Shown here: positions 50,895-64,000 of the stretch, piece after piece
Layout of the letters: each line of letters begins with the position of its first letter
How positions within the stretch are numbered: position 1 is the first letter of the stretch
Origin: Octopus sinensis
Taxonomy: Eukaryota
Direction: 5' to 3'
DNA length: 64,000 nt
Assembly: GCF_006345805.1 (NCBI RefSeq)
Contig: NC_043002.1
Location: forward strand, 39,556,001 to 39,620,000
Notes under the pieces: generated by a model
Told to the model about the DNA's origin: nothing
Databases searched by the model: none
Seen by the model: only the letters and a program-made list of their open reading frames with translations
Position numbers and translations under genes: made by a program

Positions 50895-51284
50895 ACAAAT
50901 GTAGAGATACATAGGTGTGTGTGTGTGTGTACATATGCATGTGTATATGCATTTGTATGTGTGTGTATATATAGATGCATGTTACAGTTAATGCAATGTT
51001 TAGATATTTATGGAGCAATATTCCTTTGCTATATTACGTGCATTGTGGCTTAACTTTTCTGTAATGGTATGTTGGTTTTATATAAGCTGCAATTACGGAT
51101 GTTTGAACATCAAACTAAAGAATGGTTACCCTTTACTTCAATCTCTATATTTTGTTGTTCTTGCTCTTCTTTTCATTCTGTTATTAATGGCAGTGTACTG
51201 CGAGTTTCAGAGTGAATGGTAGCACCTGATTTGATTGGTTGAAAAGATTGCAATAAAGATGTTGCATTTTCTGGTTTTGCTTAA

Positions 51285-51714
51285 CCCTTTAGCATTCCCA
51301 TTATTCTGTAAAAAGTAAAGCTTATCTGTTCACATTATTTTGAATTAATCAGGTTTTATCTTGTAGCTTTGAGATTTCAATGATATGATTGTATATTCTT
51401 AGAATGACGTTTTAGGGTAGGTGTGAGAGGCTGAATCTGGTCAGTTTGAACATAAAACAAGCAGAATATTTTGGGCTTATATGGCTAGTTTAAATGTTAA
51501 AAGATCAACCTTTTAAGCATTCAGATCATTTTGTGAAATGTATTGTTTATTTTTTGACATTGTTTTGAATTAATGATATATTATCTCATAGCTTCAAGAT
51601 TTCAATGATATGATTGTTTCTTTTTAGAATGACATTGTAGGGTAGGTGTGAGAAGCCAGATCTGGCTGGTTTAAATATTTTGGCTGGATATGGCCAGCTT
51701 TAAATGCTAACAGG
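51285..51714. mobile_element. Head-to-tail pair of piggyBac-like MITEs
   Basis: Two copies of the 10716 family (51285-51504, 51509-51714); TTAA at the outer ends. Confidence 0.8.
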
Positions 51715-51879
51715 TTAAACGTTCTCATACCAGTGTCACTGTCTACCTTGTTTTGTTTCTGCACATGCACTGTACAAAAGGAAGTTCAGACAGACCAAAA
51801 ATTGTGTTAACTATATGTAGGCTTATATATATATATATATATGTAAGTGTGCATGCATGTAAAATATATATGTATATAC

Positions 51880-52290
51880 ATGTATGGTAACAAGTTTGTT
51901 TCCCAACCACGTTGTTTCAGGTTCAGTCCCACTATGTGGCACCTTGGGCAAGTGTGTCCTACTGTAATCCTGGGTCAACCAAAGCTTTGTGAGTGGAATT
52001 TGTAGATAGAAACTGAAAGAATCCCATTGTATATATATTTATGTATATGCTTGCATGCATTTTCATGCATGTTAGGGTTGCCTTTCTTTGACTTTATGGG
52101 ACAATTGTAAATGAGTGTCACCATCATTCAGGCAATATCCTTTGTTTCCAATCATGTCTGGTCATAGGGAAATGTTACCTTACTTGGAAACAGATTAAGG
52201 TTGGCAATAGGAAGGGCATCCACTCATAGAGAAGTCAGCTTCAACACATTTCTGTGAACCCAAGTGAGCATGGAAAAATCGACATTAAAA
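51880..52290 (+). mobile_element. SINE family B 5' half followed by a family C fragment
   Basis: Matches the respective family segments. Confidence 0.7.
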
Positions 52291-52999
52291 TTATGATGTT
52301 CATGATATATGTATGTACATACTTTTTTTATTCTACAAAAACAAAAGTACTCAATATAAATTTGTGTGGGAAGTACATAACTTGATATGTTTATTTGTGG
52401 GATAAATGTACCATGTGTACAATCAAAAGTGCCCATTGATCATAAATGTGCCCTGTGAATATGATACTTGTGTACCTCAAACATAATATATTGTGAGTGG
52501 AAGGCAATTGCAATTATTTGCAGTATACACATATGCATACATACGTACATATATTATTCATTGAATGTGGCATTCAGTTGTTTTGCTTTTTGCGGTTGAT
52601 AGTATTTATTTTCTGATGGTCATCTTTATTGATGCTAGGATGCAAAGTTGGGAAGTTGTGACAGCCATCCCTTTTTCAGAAAGTAATGGAAGAAGTACTG
52701 TCACTAGACATCAAACTTCAGTCACAGATTTAGTGCAAGTGTTGTATATATAAGTACAGATCTGGGTACGACACTTTTACTGTATAAGAAAAACATTTAT
52801 GTTGAAAGCCTGAGAAGTCAGTCAATATTTAATGCTTCCATTGAGGATAATTTTCCCCAGACCATGAACACTGCAATATGGGAATATTAAATATTAACTT
52901 TGTCTACACTCTTTTGTGATAGATGTGCATTGTGTACTTTCATCACGATTGCCAATTTAAACAGTTGTGATTGTATGTTATTTTTTAATTAGATGGAGG

Positions 53000-54140
53000 A
53001 GAAGGAAGGGTTGTGTATCTGACTTTTGTAGGTTTTACTCAGTCTAGTGAGATCAGTGCAGTTGATGTTGAGGCTGGGAGTCATGGGTAGAGGATATTGC
53101 AGTTCTTTAGGAAGACATGAATGGGGGAAATGTCTTGGGTAATATAGAGATTAGTAGATGCCATTATAGTTAGTAGCAATAGAAAAAACCATTCTGAGAA
53201 GTGACTGAATTTGTGCTAGTGGTTATTGTTTAAACCTAGGTCAACCAAACTTGCAACCAAAAGAACCTCAGCCATGACCACCCTTCCTTATTAGGGGTTT
53301 CTGGGGTTGTATTATCTAATGTATTTTTTGTTAAAGACATTGAGTTTAGATTTGAGGAGAAAGTAGCTGGTATTTTAATCAAGTTGAGTGACCATACACA
53401 GCCTCCCTTGGTGATTGTAGCCTATTGATGGGTGTGTCTTATATATCAACCAGCTGAATAGCTTTCTTTTGTATGCAGCTTGTGTTATTTGTGTTGTAGT
53501 AACAGTAATATTCTGGATATATGAACCTTACACTAATGTGAATCTTACTTGGGTTTTGTAGGAAGTCAACAGATAGCCAGGACATTGGTATTTCCTCCTT
53601 ATGTAAAGAAAGCTTAACCTTTGGGATATAGGTTTGACGGCCACTATGAAAGGCTGTCAGAAATTTGGAAGTGTAGTATTTGTGACAACTTTAAAGGCTT
53701 TAGTAGTTTGTTGTTGTTTATGTGAAAGAAGAGTATAGTATAAGACTGATAACTGTAGTAAGTGTATTTGGCGCTTCTGAAGGAAGTTAGTTTATATCCT
53801 TATTGGAGGATGTTTCCAAGGTCTCCATGCAAGGAAGGTCTATTCATTGCTGTAGGATTACATGTGTACATGTTTAGAAGTAAACGAAATAATGATTAAT
53901 ATCTACTAAGATGAATGTTGAAACACGAGTTATTGAACCTTGATGTACACCAAAGTTGATGGAATTTGGATTTGAGAGTCTGTTGACAGCCTAATAGGAA
54001 AATTTTGTGTGATATGAGAGATGTATCGAACACATAGTTGAGCAACATAGTTTATGCCAGACACAATCAAAGGTTTTGATGGTAAGGGCACCATCACTGC
54101 TTACATCAAACTGACCAATGATATATGATGTAGTAAAGTG
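53000..54140 (-). pseudogene. CR1/L2-type LINE reverse transcriptase relic
   Basis: IKTFDCVWHKL (KAFD.VWH), SINFGVHQGS...FILVDIN (GVPQGS...LF..YINDL) and SLHGDLGNILQ. Confidence 0.7.
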
Positions 54141-54613
54141 AGTTTCTGGTATATCTGGCTTTATAGAAGTTATAGTTAGATATGGAATATAATGTTTGGA
54201 ATAATTATAATTATAGTTTCAAATTTTGATATGAGACCAACAATTTCAGGGCCAGGAGTTCGTCAATTACAGCAACCCCATTACTTGACTGGTACTTATT
54301 TTATGGACCCTGAAAAGATGAAAGGCAAAGTCAACCTTTGGAATTTGCATCCAATGTCACGCTGCACACAGTTGGTAAGCTTCAAAAACTACCCCTTTCC
54401 ACTCCACCAGGTGTATCATGATATACCAAAAGCATCTCTTCTCATTTCAATTGAATGAGGCTACTAACTCTGACAATGTCCCTTCCATGACCCTCAGGTA
54501 ATACACTCTTGAACTATTCTCAGTTCTTGTTAAACTATTCAGTCTCTTTCTTTATGGATATATCCCAATTTTGAAACATACCAAAGTGTGGTGCCATTCA
54601 TGAAAAGGAAAAA

Positions 54614-54808
54614 GATTACTCTGTCAAATGTAATGCTTCACATTATTTTAGTTATTCTTGCATATTCTTGTAGCTTTGAAATTTTGATGATGTGATTTGT
54701 TTATTTTTAGAATGACATTGAAGGGTATGTGTGAGAGGCTGGATCTAACTGGTTTCAACATGATACAGAATATTTGGGCTGAGAATGGCCAGTTTAAATG
54801 CTAAAGGG
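54614..54808. mobile_element. piggyBac-like MITE, left end missing
   Basis: Same family as 10716; ends CTAAAGGG|TTAA. Confidence 0.8.
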
Positions 54809-55741
54809 TTAACCATTTCTACCTCACAATCTTGAATGGTCTGCAAAAGCCATGACCAGAACCCTTTTTATTAATTCATTAAAAACAATCTGACTTAGGA
54901 TTTAAAAAGCAAATCAGTTTATTAAAAGAAAGTGGCTTAAAGAGATAAGTTTGTTGCTTATGAATATCTTAACTTTTTGAGATATTCGAAATAAGGGTCA
55001 TAGATCAGAAGTTGATACTGTATGAGAATTGGCCCTCTAGGAAACATGACTCATTGTGTTTTTCTTTAAATTTTGCATGATGTGTGTGTGTATGTATGTA
55101 TGTATGTGTGTGTGTAATAAATGCAATCAGTCTAATCAGTAATTGCTTATCAAATGCTGGGTAAAGGCCTTCCCTTTATCTCTCCATAACTTTCAATTTT
55201 GGGTACTTAATATCCAGTTTTTATTAAATTTAATTCCCCCTCCTGTCATATTCATTGCTGTCCTCTATTTATTTTGCTATCTTTCTGGATGCAATATATC
55301 AGATTTTTTGCCCTCCTTTTATCACTCAGATTCTCAACATGTCAAGCCCAACTCCATTTCAACAATTTTATGAAGTTAACAACGTTATTTACTCTTGTTT
55401 TTAGATCCATTTCATTTTTTATGGTCTTCTCACATTATTCAAAGTGTGAGGCATTCTTTAGCATGTTTATCTGTTCTTAGCTTAAGTCTTTTCCTCATGC
55501 TCCATCTTTCCTTGCCACAAGATGTTGTCAAGACAGTACACTGGTTGTAAATTTACCCTTAAAGGTTTACAGGCATTTTGATTTAAAAAAACTGAATATG
55601 CCTTCCTGAAGGATTGCCATTTTAGGGTAATTTGTTGTTTCAGTTATTTCTTTTTTACTTGGTTGTATTGTTATAAACTGATTGAAGTAAACTGCTTCCT
55701 ATTAGAAGAGATGGTTCTTTGATATCAGGAACTTGCTCAGT

Positions 55742-56262
55742 TTATCTTTTATCTTTTGCTTGTTTCAGTCATTGGATGGGCCATACTGGAGCATCACCTT
55801 AAAGAGTTATAGTTGAACAGATTGGTCCCCTAACACATTTTTTTTGAAGCCTAATACTTATTGTATTGGTCTCTTGTTGAAGCACTAACAAATCAACACC
55901 TTCTTGTCAAGTGGTGGTGAGAGACAAACATGACAGAAACACACAGCTACACACACACACACACACACACACACCATACAAACACCACACACACACACCA
56001 TACAAACACCACACACACACACCATACAAACACCACACACACACACCATACAAACACGACACACACACACCACACAAACACCACACACACACAAACACCA
56101 CACACACACACACACCTCACACACACACACCAAACAAAATTCTTTCAAGTCCTGTCTACCAGATCCACTCACAAGGCTTTGGTCAGCCTGGGGCTATTGT
56201 AGAAGATACTTCACAAGACCACATGATTAAGAAGCAAGCTTCTTAACGACACAGCCATGCCT
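55742..56262 (-). mobile_element. Diverged full-length SINE family B with an expanded central minisatellite
   Basis: Tail and head flank about five 24-bp CACCATACAAACACCACACACACA-type units. Confidence 0.85.
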
Positions 56263-56574
56263 GAACATTTTATTCTTTCTTTATTTCATGGTTATACTTA
56301 GTTGTTCTTGTCTTGCTTTCTATTTTTAGCTGTTCTAAGTTTGAAGTTAATCTCTTGATACAAGAACTATGCTGTCTGTGAATTGAAGGTGTGTGAGAAA
56401 TTCAGTGTTGATTTTTAATTCCCATTTCATCTTTTTAAAACACTTTTTTTCAAGCAGTCTGTGAGTAGTTTGAGAGTGATATATTGCCTTTTACTACGTG
56501 CATCTCTAAACCAAATAACTGGAAAAATCAACAGGGCCATTGAGTATTATCAAGAAGCATTTCACTCTAGTGAA

Positions 56575-56795
56575 ATAGTGGTTTCAAATTTTGGCGCAAG
56601 GCCAGCAGTTATAGGGGAGGGGTTAAGTTGATTACATCAACCCCAGTGCTCAACTAGTACTTATTTTATTGACACCGAAAGGATGAAAGGCAAAGTCAGC
56701 CTCTGTGGAATTTGAACTCAAGATATTAAGAGGAATGAAATGCCGCTAAGCATTTTGCCTAGCATGTTAACAACTCCGCCAGCTCACTGCCTTTT
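56575..56795 (-). mobile_element. SINE family A
   Basis: Reverse match to the family. Confidence 0.85.
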
Positions 56796-57443
56796 GCTCT
56801 GTAGAAATATTAGTAGTAATGACAGCCATAACAAACCAAGGTGTAGAACTAACATATTTTATCTTAAAACATTTCTACCACCATGCTGCAACTTTCATCA
56901 GACTACATAAGCATTTAAGCAAATTTTCACAGAAAAAAAAAAACTTAACACATACATACATACATATGACATCATTTATGTCTGCTTTTCCATGATTGCA
57001 TGGGTCAGATGGAATTCATTGAGGCAGATTTTATTTATAGCCAGATGCCGTTTCTGTCATCAATCCTCAACTGTTTCCAAGCAAGCTAATATTTTTCCCA
57101 TGGCTAGATATGTTTTTCACATAACACTGGATGCAAACAACCTCATTTATATAACAGTGATGCTCATTTACAACCATCATTTGATGTCCAGACAAGGACA
57201 GATAGACACACACACACACACATGATAGGCTCCTTTCTGTTTCTGTTGGCCAATCTTCTTACAAGTCTTCTGTTGGTTCAAGACTAAAGTAGAAGGCATT
57301 TGCCCAAAGTGCCACACAGTGGGACTGAACCCAAGACCACAAGCCACACCCCACACCTTTACACACACACACACACACAAAAATAGTGGTATTTCTGTTT
57401 TTTAATTTTGTTGTGGTAGTAGCTATTAGTTCAAAGTAATATC

Positions 57444-57662
57444 TATTTCTTTACTACCCACAGAGAGGACAAACAGGAACAGACAAGCGGATTAAGTCGA
57501 TTATATCGACCCCAGTGCATAATTGGTACTTATTTAATCGACCCCGAAAGGATGAAAGGCAAAGTCGACCTCGGCGGAATTTGAACTCAGAATGTAACGG
57601 CAGACGAAATACAGCTACGCATTTTGCCCGGCGTGCTAATGTTTCTGCCAGCTTGCCGCCTT
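57444..57662 (-). mobile_element. Young SINE family A
   Basis: 8-bp TSD GTAATATC at 57436-57443 and 57663-57670. Confidence 0.92.
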
Positions 57663-58975
57663 GTAATATCATTAAACTGTACTAGAGTCATAAATTAAAT
57701 TTAATTGGGAATAGTAGCAAGAGAATTATGTAGTTATGTGTGTCAGTCCTATTATTGGATTCTTTAGTGTCTGTTCTTTCTTATCTCTAAACGCAGACTA
57801 TCATGTTTACCCTATCAAGAATACCAAATGGAGAAAGACAGTATCAAGATAATGTATAAAAATAGAACTTGCAAAATGAACTTAAAAAATAAAAATAAAT
57901 GATGAAGAGTAATCTCTACGGTTGAATGGAAAAGACAAACTTTATCAGATAAAGAAAAGTAATAAGTACACTCTGCCTTGATTACTGTTTGTATTTTGAA
58001 TGTGTGTGAGTATATGTGCATGTGCGTATATATTTTTATTTGTCTAGTGAAAAACATATGTCTGTTTTTCCATGATATCATGGCCTAGAAGACTGTTTTT
58101 AAGGTGTTGCTTTACAGATGGATGTTCTTCCTGTTGCTAATCCTTATGTTTTTCAAGTCAATGAACTATTATTTCACAAAGCCACTCAAGGACGCAAAGC
58201 CAACAGATGGTTTGTTGACAAGGGAAATAGCAACAAAGTTACAACTTATAGCTCATTGATTATCAGATAAGCACAAACATAAACATACTTTTAAATAAAC
58301 AAGCTTCTTTCAGTTTCCATCTACCGAATCCACCCATAATTCTTTGGTCAGCCTGGGATTATAGTAGAAGGCACTCACTTAAGATACCATGTGAAGGGAC
58401 TGAACCAGAAACTGTGTAATTGGGATGCAAACTTCTTAACTATACAGTACATATATGTTTGTATGTAGATATGCAGATAAATATATTTAATGCTCCTGCC
58501 TTTCATAGGCAAATCACTGTTATTAGAGCCAAAAGTTAAGGAAGAAAACTCTGAAATAAACAATGCCATGTAGCAATGTCAAGGGCAAATGTTTGCTTGT
58601 AATCTCAGCATCCTTCTGTAGGGACTATAGCTTAGACCGGTATTTGTGGTAAGAAGGTGCAGCTCCTTGAAAGAGTGTTTATGACTTTTATGAAAATAAG
58701 ATTTAACTGCTTGCTTTCTAACTTTCTTCAGAACTATCAAGATGTATGTCAAAGGTGTAGTTGTACATGTGTACTGTGTCAACACATATGTATAGAAATT
58801 AACCTTACAGTCTCTGTAAAATCAGTGTTTGAGTGTGGTTTCTGTTGCATTGAGTGGATAAAATATAAACTATCCTCTTGAATATGATACCAATCTATCA
58901 CAAATAACTCCTTTAAATATCTGTTTCTCCGCAAAAGCTTGTAGGGTGATGTTCTGAGATGCAAAAATACACTTC

Positions 58976-59485
58976 ATCATCATCATTTAACGTCTGTTAT
59001 CCATGCTGGTATGGGTTGGATAGTTTGACCAGGGCTGGTAAGGCGGAAAGCTGGCAGAAACGTTAGCACACCGGGCAAAATGCTTAGCAGTATTTCATCT
59101 GCCGTTGCGTTCTGAGTTCAAATTCCACCAAGGTCAACTTTGCCTTTCATCCTTTTGGGATCGATTAAATAAGTACCAGTTACACACTGGGGTTGATATA
59201 ATCGACTTAATCCGTTTGTCTGTCCTTGTTTGTCCCCTCTGTGTGTAGCCCCTTGTAGGCAGTAAAGAAATAAGGGCTGGTAAGCTGAGGGGCTGCACCA
59301 GGCTCCGATCTGATTTAGCAAGGTTTCTACAGCTGGATGCCCTTCCTAATGCCAACTGCTCCGAGAGTGTAATGAGTGCTTTTACATGCCACTAGCATGG
59401 TTGCCAGTTGCATGACACCAGTATATTCCATGACTATGATTTCACCTGGCTTGATGGGTCTTCTTCTCAAGCACAACATAATGCC
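58976..59485 (-). mobile_element. RTE 3' end (family C) interrupted by SINE family A (59043-59272, +)
   Basis: 12-bp TSD AGGGCTGGTAAG at 59031-59042 and 59273-59284; ORF2 end (LWHYVVLEKKTHQAR) near 59430-59485. Confidence 0.88.
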
Positions 59486-60424
59486 AAAGGTCTCCATCAA
59501 TGATTACTGTCTTTAATACAAGAGGCATGAGTGATTTGCTGTTTCAGTACATGACTGGTACTGATTTTATTGAGTCCTGGATAGATGAAAGGCAATGTCA
59601 TCCTTAATGGGACTTGAATTCACAACAAACCTTTTTAATTCTAAATAATTTGATGTCTGATCATGGGACCTTAAATTCCTTGGTTGATATAAAAGTTCTA
59701 CCCCAGTCTATCTCTTGGAGAAGTGGTAAACATTCCTCCAGTGTAAAAACAATTGTTCCAGTAATATATAAATGAACATAATAGAAAAGAAAACATCATC
59801 CATGATGGTGTGTGGTGGTGGTAGTGGGGGGGATAGCAAGAAAAGAAGTAAAAATCAGAAATACATGGATTTATATCATGTAACATATTTTTTGTATTTT
59901 TTTTAAACTTGTTATGAATGTAACAGATTTAATATTCCATTTGTACAACCTATTCTAACAATACGTAATCTAATCTTCCTGTATATAAATGAACCAAGAA
60001 TTAGAGCAGATACATCTTTTGGAATGTAACGTTGCAAGTTTTATTGCACCTATTTTGTTGATATGACCTTGGCAACTGTTTATATGACCTTTGTAATATA
60101 TTTATTACTTAGACAGAGCTACAAATTTCTTGTGTTGAAAATAAATACTTTTAACTCTTAGATAAGTTCTGTTTATTGTAACATTGAAGGAAAATGGCCA
60201 TGTGCTTATTTTAATCAGGTCTGAATTGGCTGAGTTAAATATAAATATCTCTCTAACAGTGGTTTCAAACAATGTACTGCAGCACACTGGTGCATCATGG
60301 ATATTTTTCAAAATACAATTTAAGATTTTGGAAAATCCATGATGATGTTTGAGCATTTTGAAAAATCTTTCATTCTTCACTTTGTTATACACAAATTTGA
60401 TGAATGAAACAAAGTAGACAATAC

Positions 60425-60815
60425 AGGTGCAGGCATAACCTTGTGGTTAAGAAGATTGTTTTACAACCATGTTATGTTGAGTTTAGTCCCACTGCACAGC
60501 ATTTTGAGCAAGTGTCTTTACTATAGCCTCAAGTCAACCAATGCCTTGTGAGTGAATTTGACAAATTGAAACTGTGGAAACTTGTGTGTGTGTGTGTATT
60601 GTTATATATGTGTATGCCCCACACTACCACCTCCACTGCCACTTGATAACTGCCATAGTTTGTTTACATCCCCATAATGAAGTGATTTGGTAAAAAGCAC
60701 TTCTAGAATAAGTACCAAACTTTAAGAAAAACTAATAAGTATGAAGGTCAACTTGTTTGACCAAATCATTCAAGGTAGTGCACCACCAGGGCCACAATCC
60801 AAAAGCTGATAAAAA
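60425..60815 (+). mobile_element. Old SINE family B
   Basis: Diverged head, microsatellite and tail. Confidence 0.7.
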
Positions 60816-62829
60816 AGAAGAGTGTTCTATATTTCTAATTTTAAGTTTGCTTTTTTTTTTTTAACATTTTCATGCAAAGGGTGTCTCCAGGTGCAATACA
60901 GTAAGAAAGAGTGAATCACTATTGTTTGGGGAAATGTTTATTATCTTACATGGAAACAGGTGAGGATTGGTGACAGGAAGGGTATCTGGTTGTGGAAAAA
61001 TTTGTCTGGCCCATACAATTGTGCAACAGTGGATATTAAATCGATGATGATGATGACGGCTTTTCTAGTTTTATTATTATCTCTGGTCATTGATATGATT
61101 GAAAATACAAAGTTGTAGACTAAACAAAATATAGGTTTATTCTGGTCTGAAGTTTAATTATTTTCTATCAACCAGATGTTTATTCATGATATTGAAGTGA
61201 AATGTGACAAAACAATACATATGTGATTGGATAGTGATGTGGGGTCAGGTTATTATCAAAAATGGAAAAAGAATTCCTAATTTGTCTTTTTAAATATTCT
61301 TTTATTTTAAATTAATCCTTGTGATCGTTAATAATCTTATTTAAACAGTCGGCCTTCTTGTAAAAGGTTAAGCTCACTAAGATTTGCTTTTCGTTTTTTT
61401 TAGTTTATTTTTTTAGTTGTCTTTAGAATATTGATTTAAGTTTTTACTGTTAACCGTCTTTGGTTGCACTGGTGATTATTTTTTATTGTGAGATTTTATG
61501 ATTTTGAAAATTTTTTTTTAATGTCTTTAAATGATTCTCTCTTGGCTGGTGTCTTGTGCTATTTGCTTAAAGCTACTTCTGGAAAATTCAATAGAAAGCA
61601 TTATGCTTTCTCTAAGACCTCAGATATTCTCATTAACTGGATCTGCTATTCTTTTTTTCTTGTATTTTACAAACAGCTGTGCTAGAAATTTTATCAAGTT
61701 GTGGTGGTAGCCTGGTTTTAATTACACATGTTACGTTATGACAGTATTATTTTTCTTTTAGATTAGGGTGTGCATTACCTAATCAGAAATGATGTTCTTG
61801 TATTGTGAAATAATTGTAGCAAAATGTACCTGTCTAATCTATATTAGTATGGAATAAGATACAAATATCACTACCATATTTCTGCTCTGAGCAATTAATC
61901 TCATTTCTTACCTTGTCTATCTAACTAACCTCATTTCTTACCTTGTCTATCTTCAATCATACAACCAAACAGGCTTTATTAATGTTCTTTAAAACAGATG
62001 TGTAATAAGTTACAGATTTGTTTGTTCATTTTATAGGCCAGACAAGTACATATCGAGGCATTGTTTTATAGCTGGATGTTGTTCCTGTTGCTAACCCTCA
62101 CCTGTTTTTGGAATAAGAGATTTTTCATTCCACTTTTCTTTGAAAATGCACAGTTAACATAATTAATTGACAGAGAATGTCAGCAAACATCAGCATTTTC
62201 AGCTCAGCACTTTTCCTTGCAATGTGCAAAATGTACATACAAACAAACATATGGTGGGCTTCATATAGTGTCCATCTCCCATATTCACTCACAAAACTTG
62301 TCAGTCCAAGGTTATGTGTAAGTAAGTATATATATTTATAACTAGTTTATGAAGCATTTAGTCACCCCTCTGTAATTTCCTAAGATGTTACAAAATATTT
62401 CCTGTGTGTAACGCAGATAAAATTTAGATACAGTTTAATTGAAAACAGTAACTAGTTTGTATTTATATTTACTATAACTGTTCCTGATAAGCTTAACACT
62501 GATTCAGCACTAAGTAAGATAATGACTTCCTTTGGTGTGTAAAAATACAGGTTATATTTAAGATAATAGATTGTATTAATGACAGCTGTATTAATAGAAG
62601 TAAGATTCAAACTGAACAGTTTACACACACACAGAGAACATAGTTACTTTTGATTTCTTTCTCTAAGAAATCAGAAAATATAATCATTTAGAAAACGAGT
62701 TGTGAGAATTCCCTGACAAATTTCGGCACCACAGTTTGTATTTTCAAGTACAGTACATGGTTTCTGTTAGCATTGTTCAGTAATAAATATATAACTGTTT
62801 GGTGGGCAGTTTAATATTTAGTTGGAGTA

Positions 62830-63050
62830 AGGCTGTGAGCTGACAGAATCGCTAGCATGCTGGGCAAAATGCTTAGCACCCATTTCCTCTGTCTTCACAT
62901 TCTGAGTTCCAATTTCGTTGAAGTCAACTTTGTCTTTCATCCTTTGGGATTGATAAAATAAGTTTCAGTTGAACACTGGGATCAGTGTGAGTAACTTACT
63001 CCCTCCTCTAAAATTGCTGGCCTTGTGCCAAAATTTGTAACCAATATTTA
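62830..63050 (+). mobile_element. Old SINE family A
   Basis: CpG-decayed match to the family. Confidence 0.8.
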
Positions 63051-63519
63051 GTTGGAACATATAAAGTTAACCTATAATATATGTGTCTTGATCATAACAT
63101 TATTCAGTCAGAATTGTTAGATGTTGTAAGCTATTTATTGTACAATGTAAAATGATACACAATCATGCAATCAACTCAATGCCTTTGGATTTCAGAATTT
63201 CAATTTGTTGCATTCTGTTGAACCTAATCCTTGATTTACTTTCACAATAAACCTTTATTATTTCTGTTAGGGGTTACATTGTTTTTGATATTGCCACTAA
63301 TAACATTTGAGTAGAGATATATTTTCGAGGAATAGCTTGGCTATTTTGTTAACACGGTTAAGTTGTTCATATTCTTAAAGCAAATCAGAGAGAAATCAAG
63401 AAATAATTGTGTAGGGTACAGGATACCCAACAGAAGGTTTATTAATTCATATCTTTTCCATTGGCACTGTATTGCTCTTGGAAAAGATATGTTATCGTGA
63501 AATGGTCAGATTATTCTCA

Positions 63520-64000
63520 TCTTTTATCTTTTACTTGTTTCACTCATTAGCTGCAGCCATGCTGGGGCACTGCCTTGAACAATTTTTAGTTGAATGTATG
63601 ACCAACCCCAGTACTTATTATTCTTTTTAAACCCTGGTACTTATTCTATTGGTCCCTTTTGCCAAACTGCTTAATTATACAGATGTAAACACTCCAGCAC
63701 TAGTAGTCAGTGGTAGTGGTGGTGGGGCAAACACAGGCACAAAGACCCGTGTGCACACACACACACACATACACATATATAGGTGCGAGAGTAGCCGTAT
63801 GGTAAGAAGCTTGCTTCCCAACCACATGGTTCCAGGTTCAGTCCCATTATTTGGTGCCTTGGGCAAGTGTCTTCTACTATAGCCTCAGGCTGACCAAAGC
63901 CTTGTGAGTGGATTTGGTAGATGGAAACTGAAAGAAGCCCGTCATATATATATTTGTGTGTCTGTACTTGTCCCCACCACCATCGCGTGACAACTGATGT
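63520..64000. mobile_element. SINE family B 3' half (-) abutting a second copy (+) cut by the window end
   Basis: 63520-63750 reverse tail; 63781-64000 forward head and body. Confidence 0.85.

Noticed and set aside
60105-60392. 95-aa minus-strand ORF
   Set aside because: It overlaps a hAT TIR-like relic (CAGTGGTTTCAAAC) and AT-rich DNA; no domain.
61900-61955. Duplicated minus-strand donor AAG|GTAAGA as an exon end
   Set aside because: A short tandem duplication; the upstream candidate exon has stops in all three frames.

Overview
AT-rich, repeat-saturated eukaryotic DNA. The SINE families, the abundant (GATA)n, (CA)n and (AAT)n arrays and the low gene density point to an octopod cephalopod (Octopus-like); this is an inference. 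No protein-coding exon can be assigned with confidence, and nearly all ORFs in the supplied track are microsatellite or repeat artefacts. The window has three zones: CpG-depleted, intron-like DNA at about 1-22 kb; a CpG-retaining central zone at about 22.3-35.6 kb; and CpG-depleted DNA again from about 35.8 kb to the end. The central zone holds a decayed but nearly complete Ty3/Gypsy element (PBS, gag, PR, RT, RH, IN) with nested insertions, an unexplained highly structured segment (29.05-29.43 kb) and a candidate divergent promoter. Other features are dozens of tRNA-derived SINEs, RTE and CR1-type LINE relics, hAT, piggyBac, Tc1/mariner and Merlin-like MITEs (several with intact TSDs) and a hAT transposase relic. 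The most notable finds are a type I hammerhead ribozyme motif at 45581-45651, two minimal hammerhead-like motifs in Penelope-type repeats, a SINE-derived satellite and a reused SINE insertion site. All alignments and folds were done by eye, and boundaries without a TSD or TIR are approximate.
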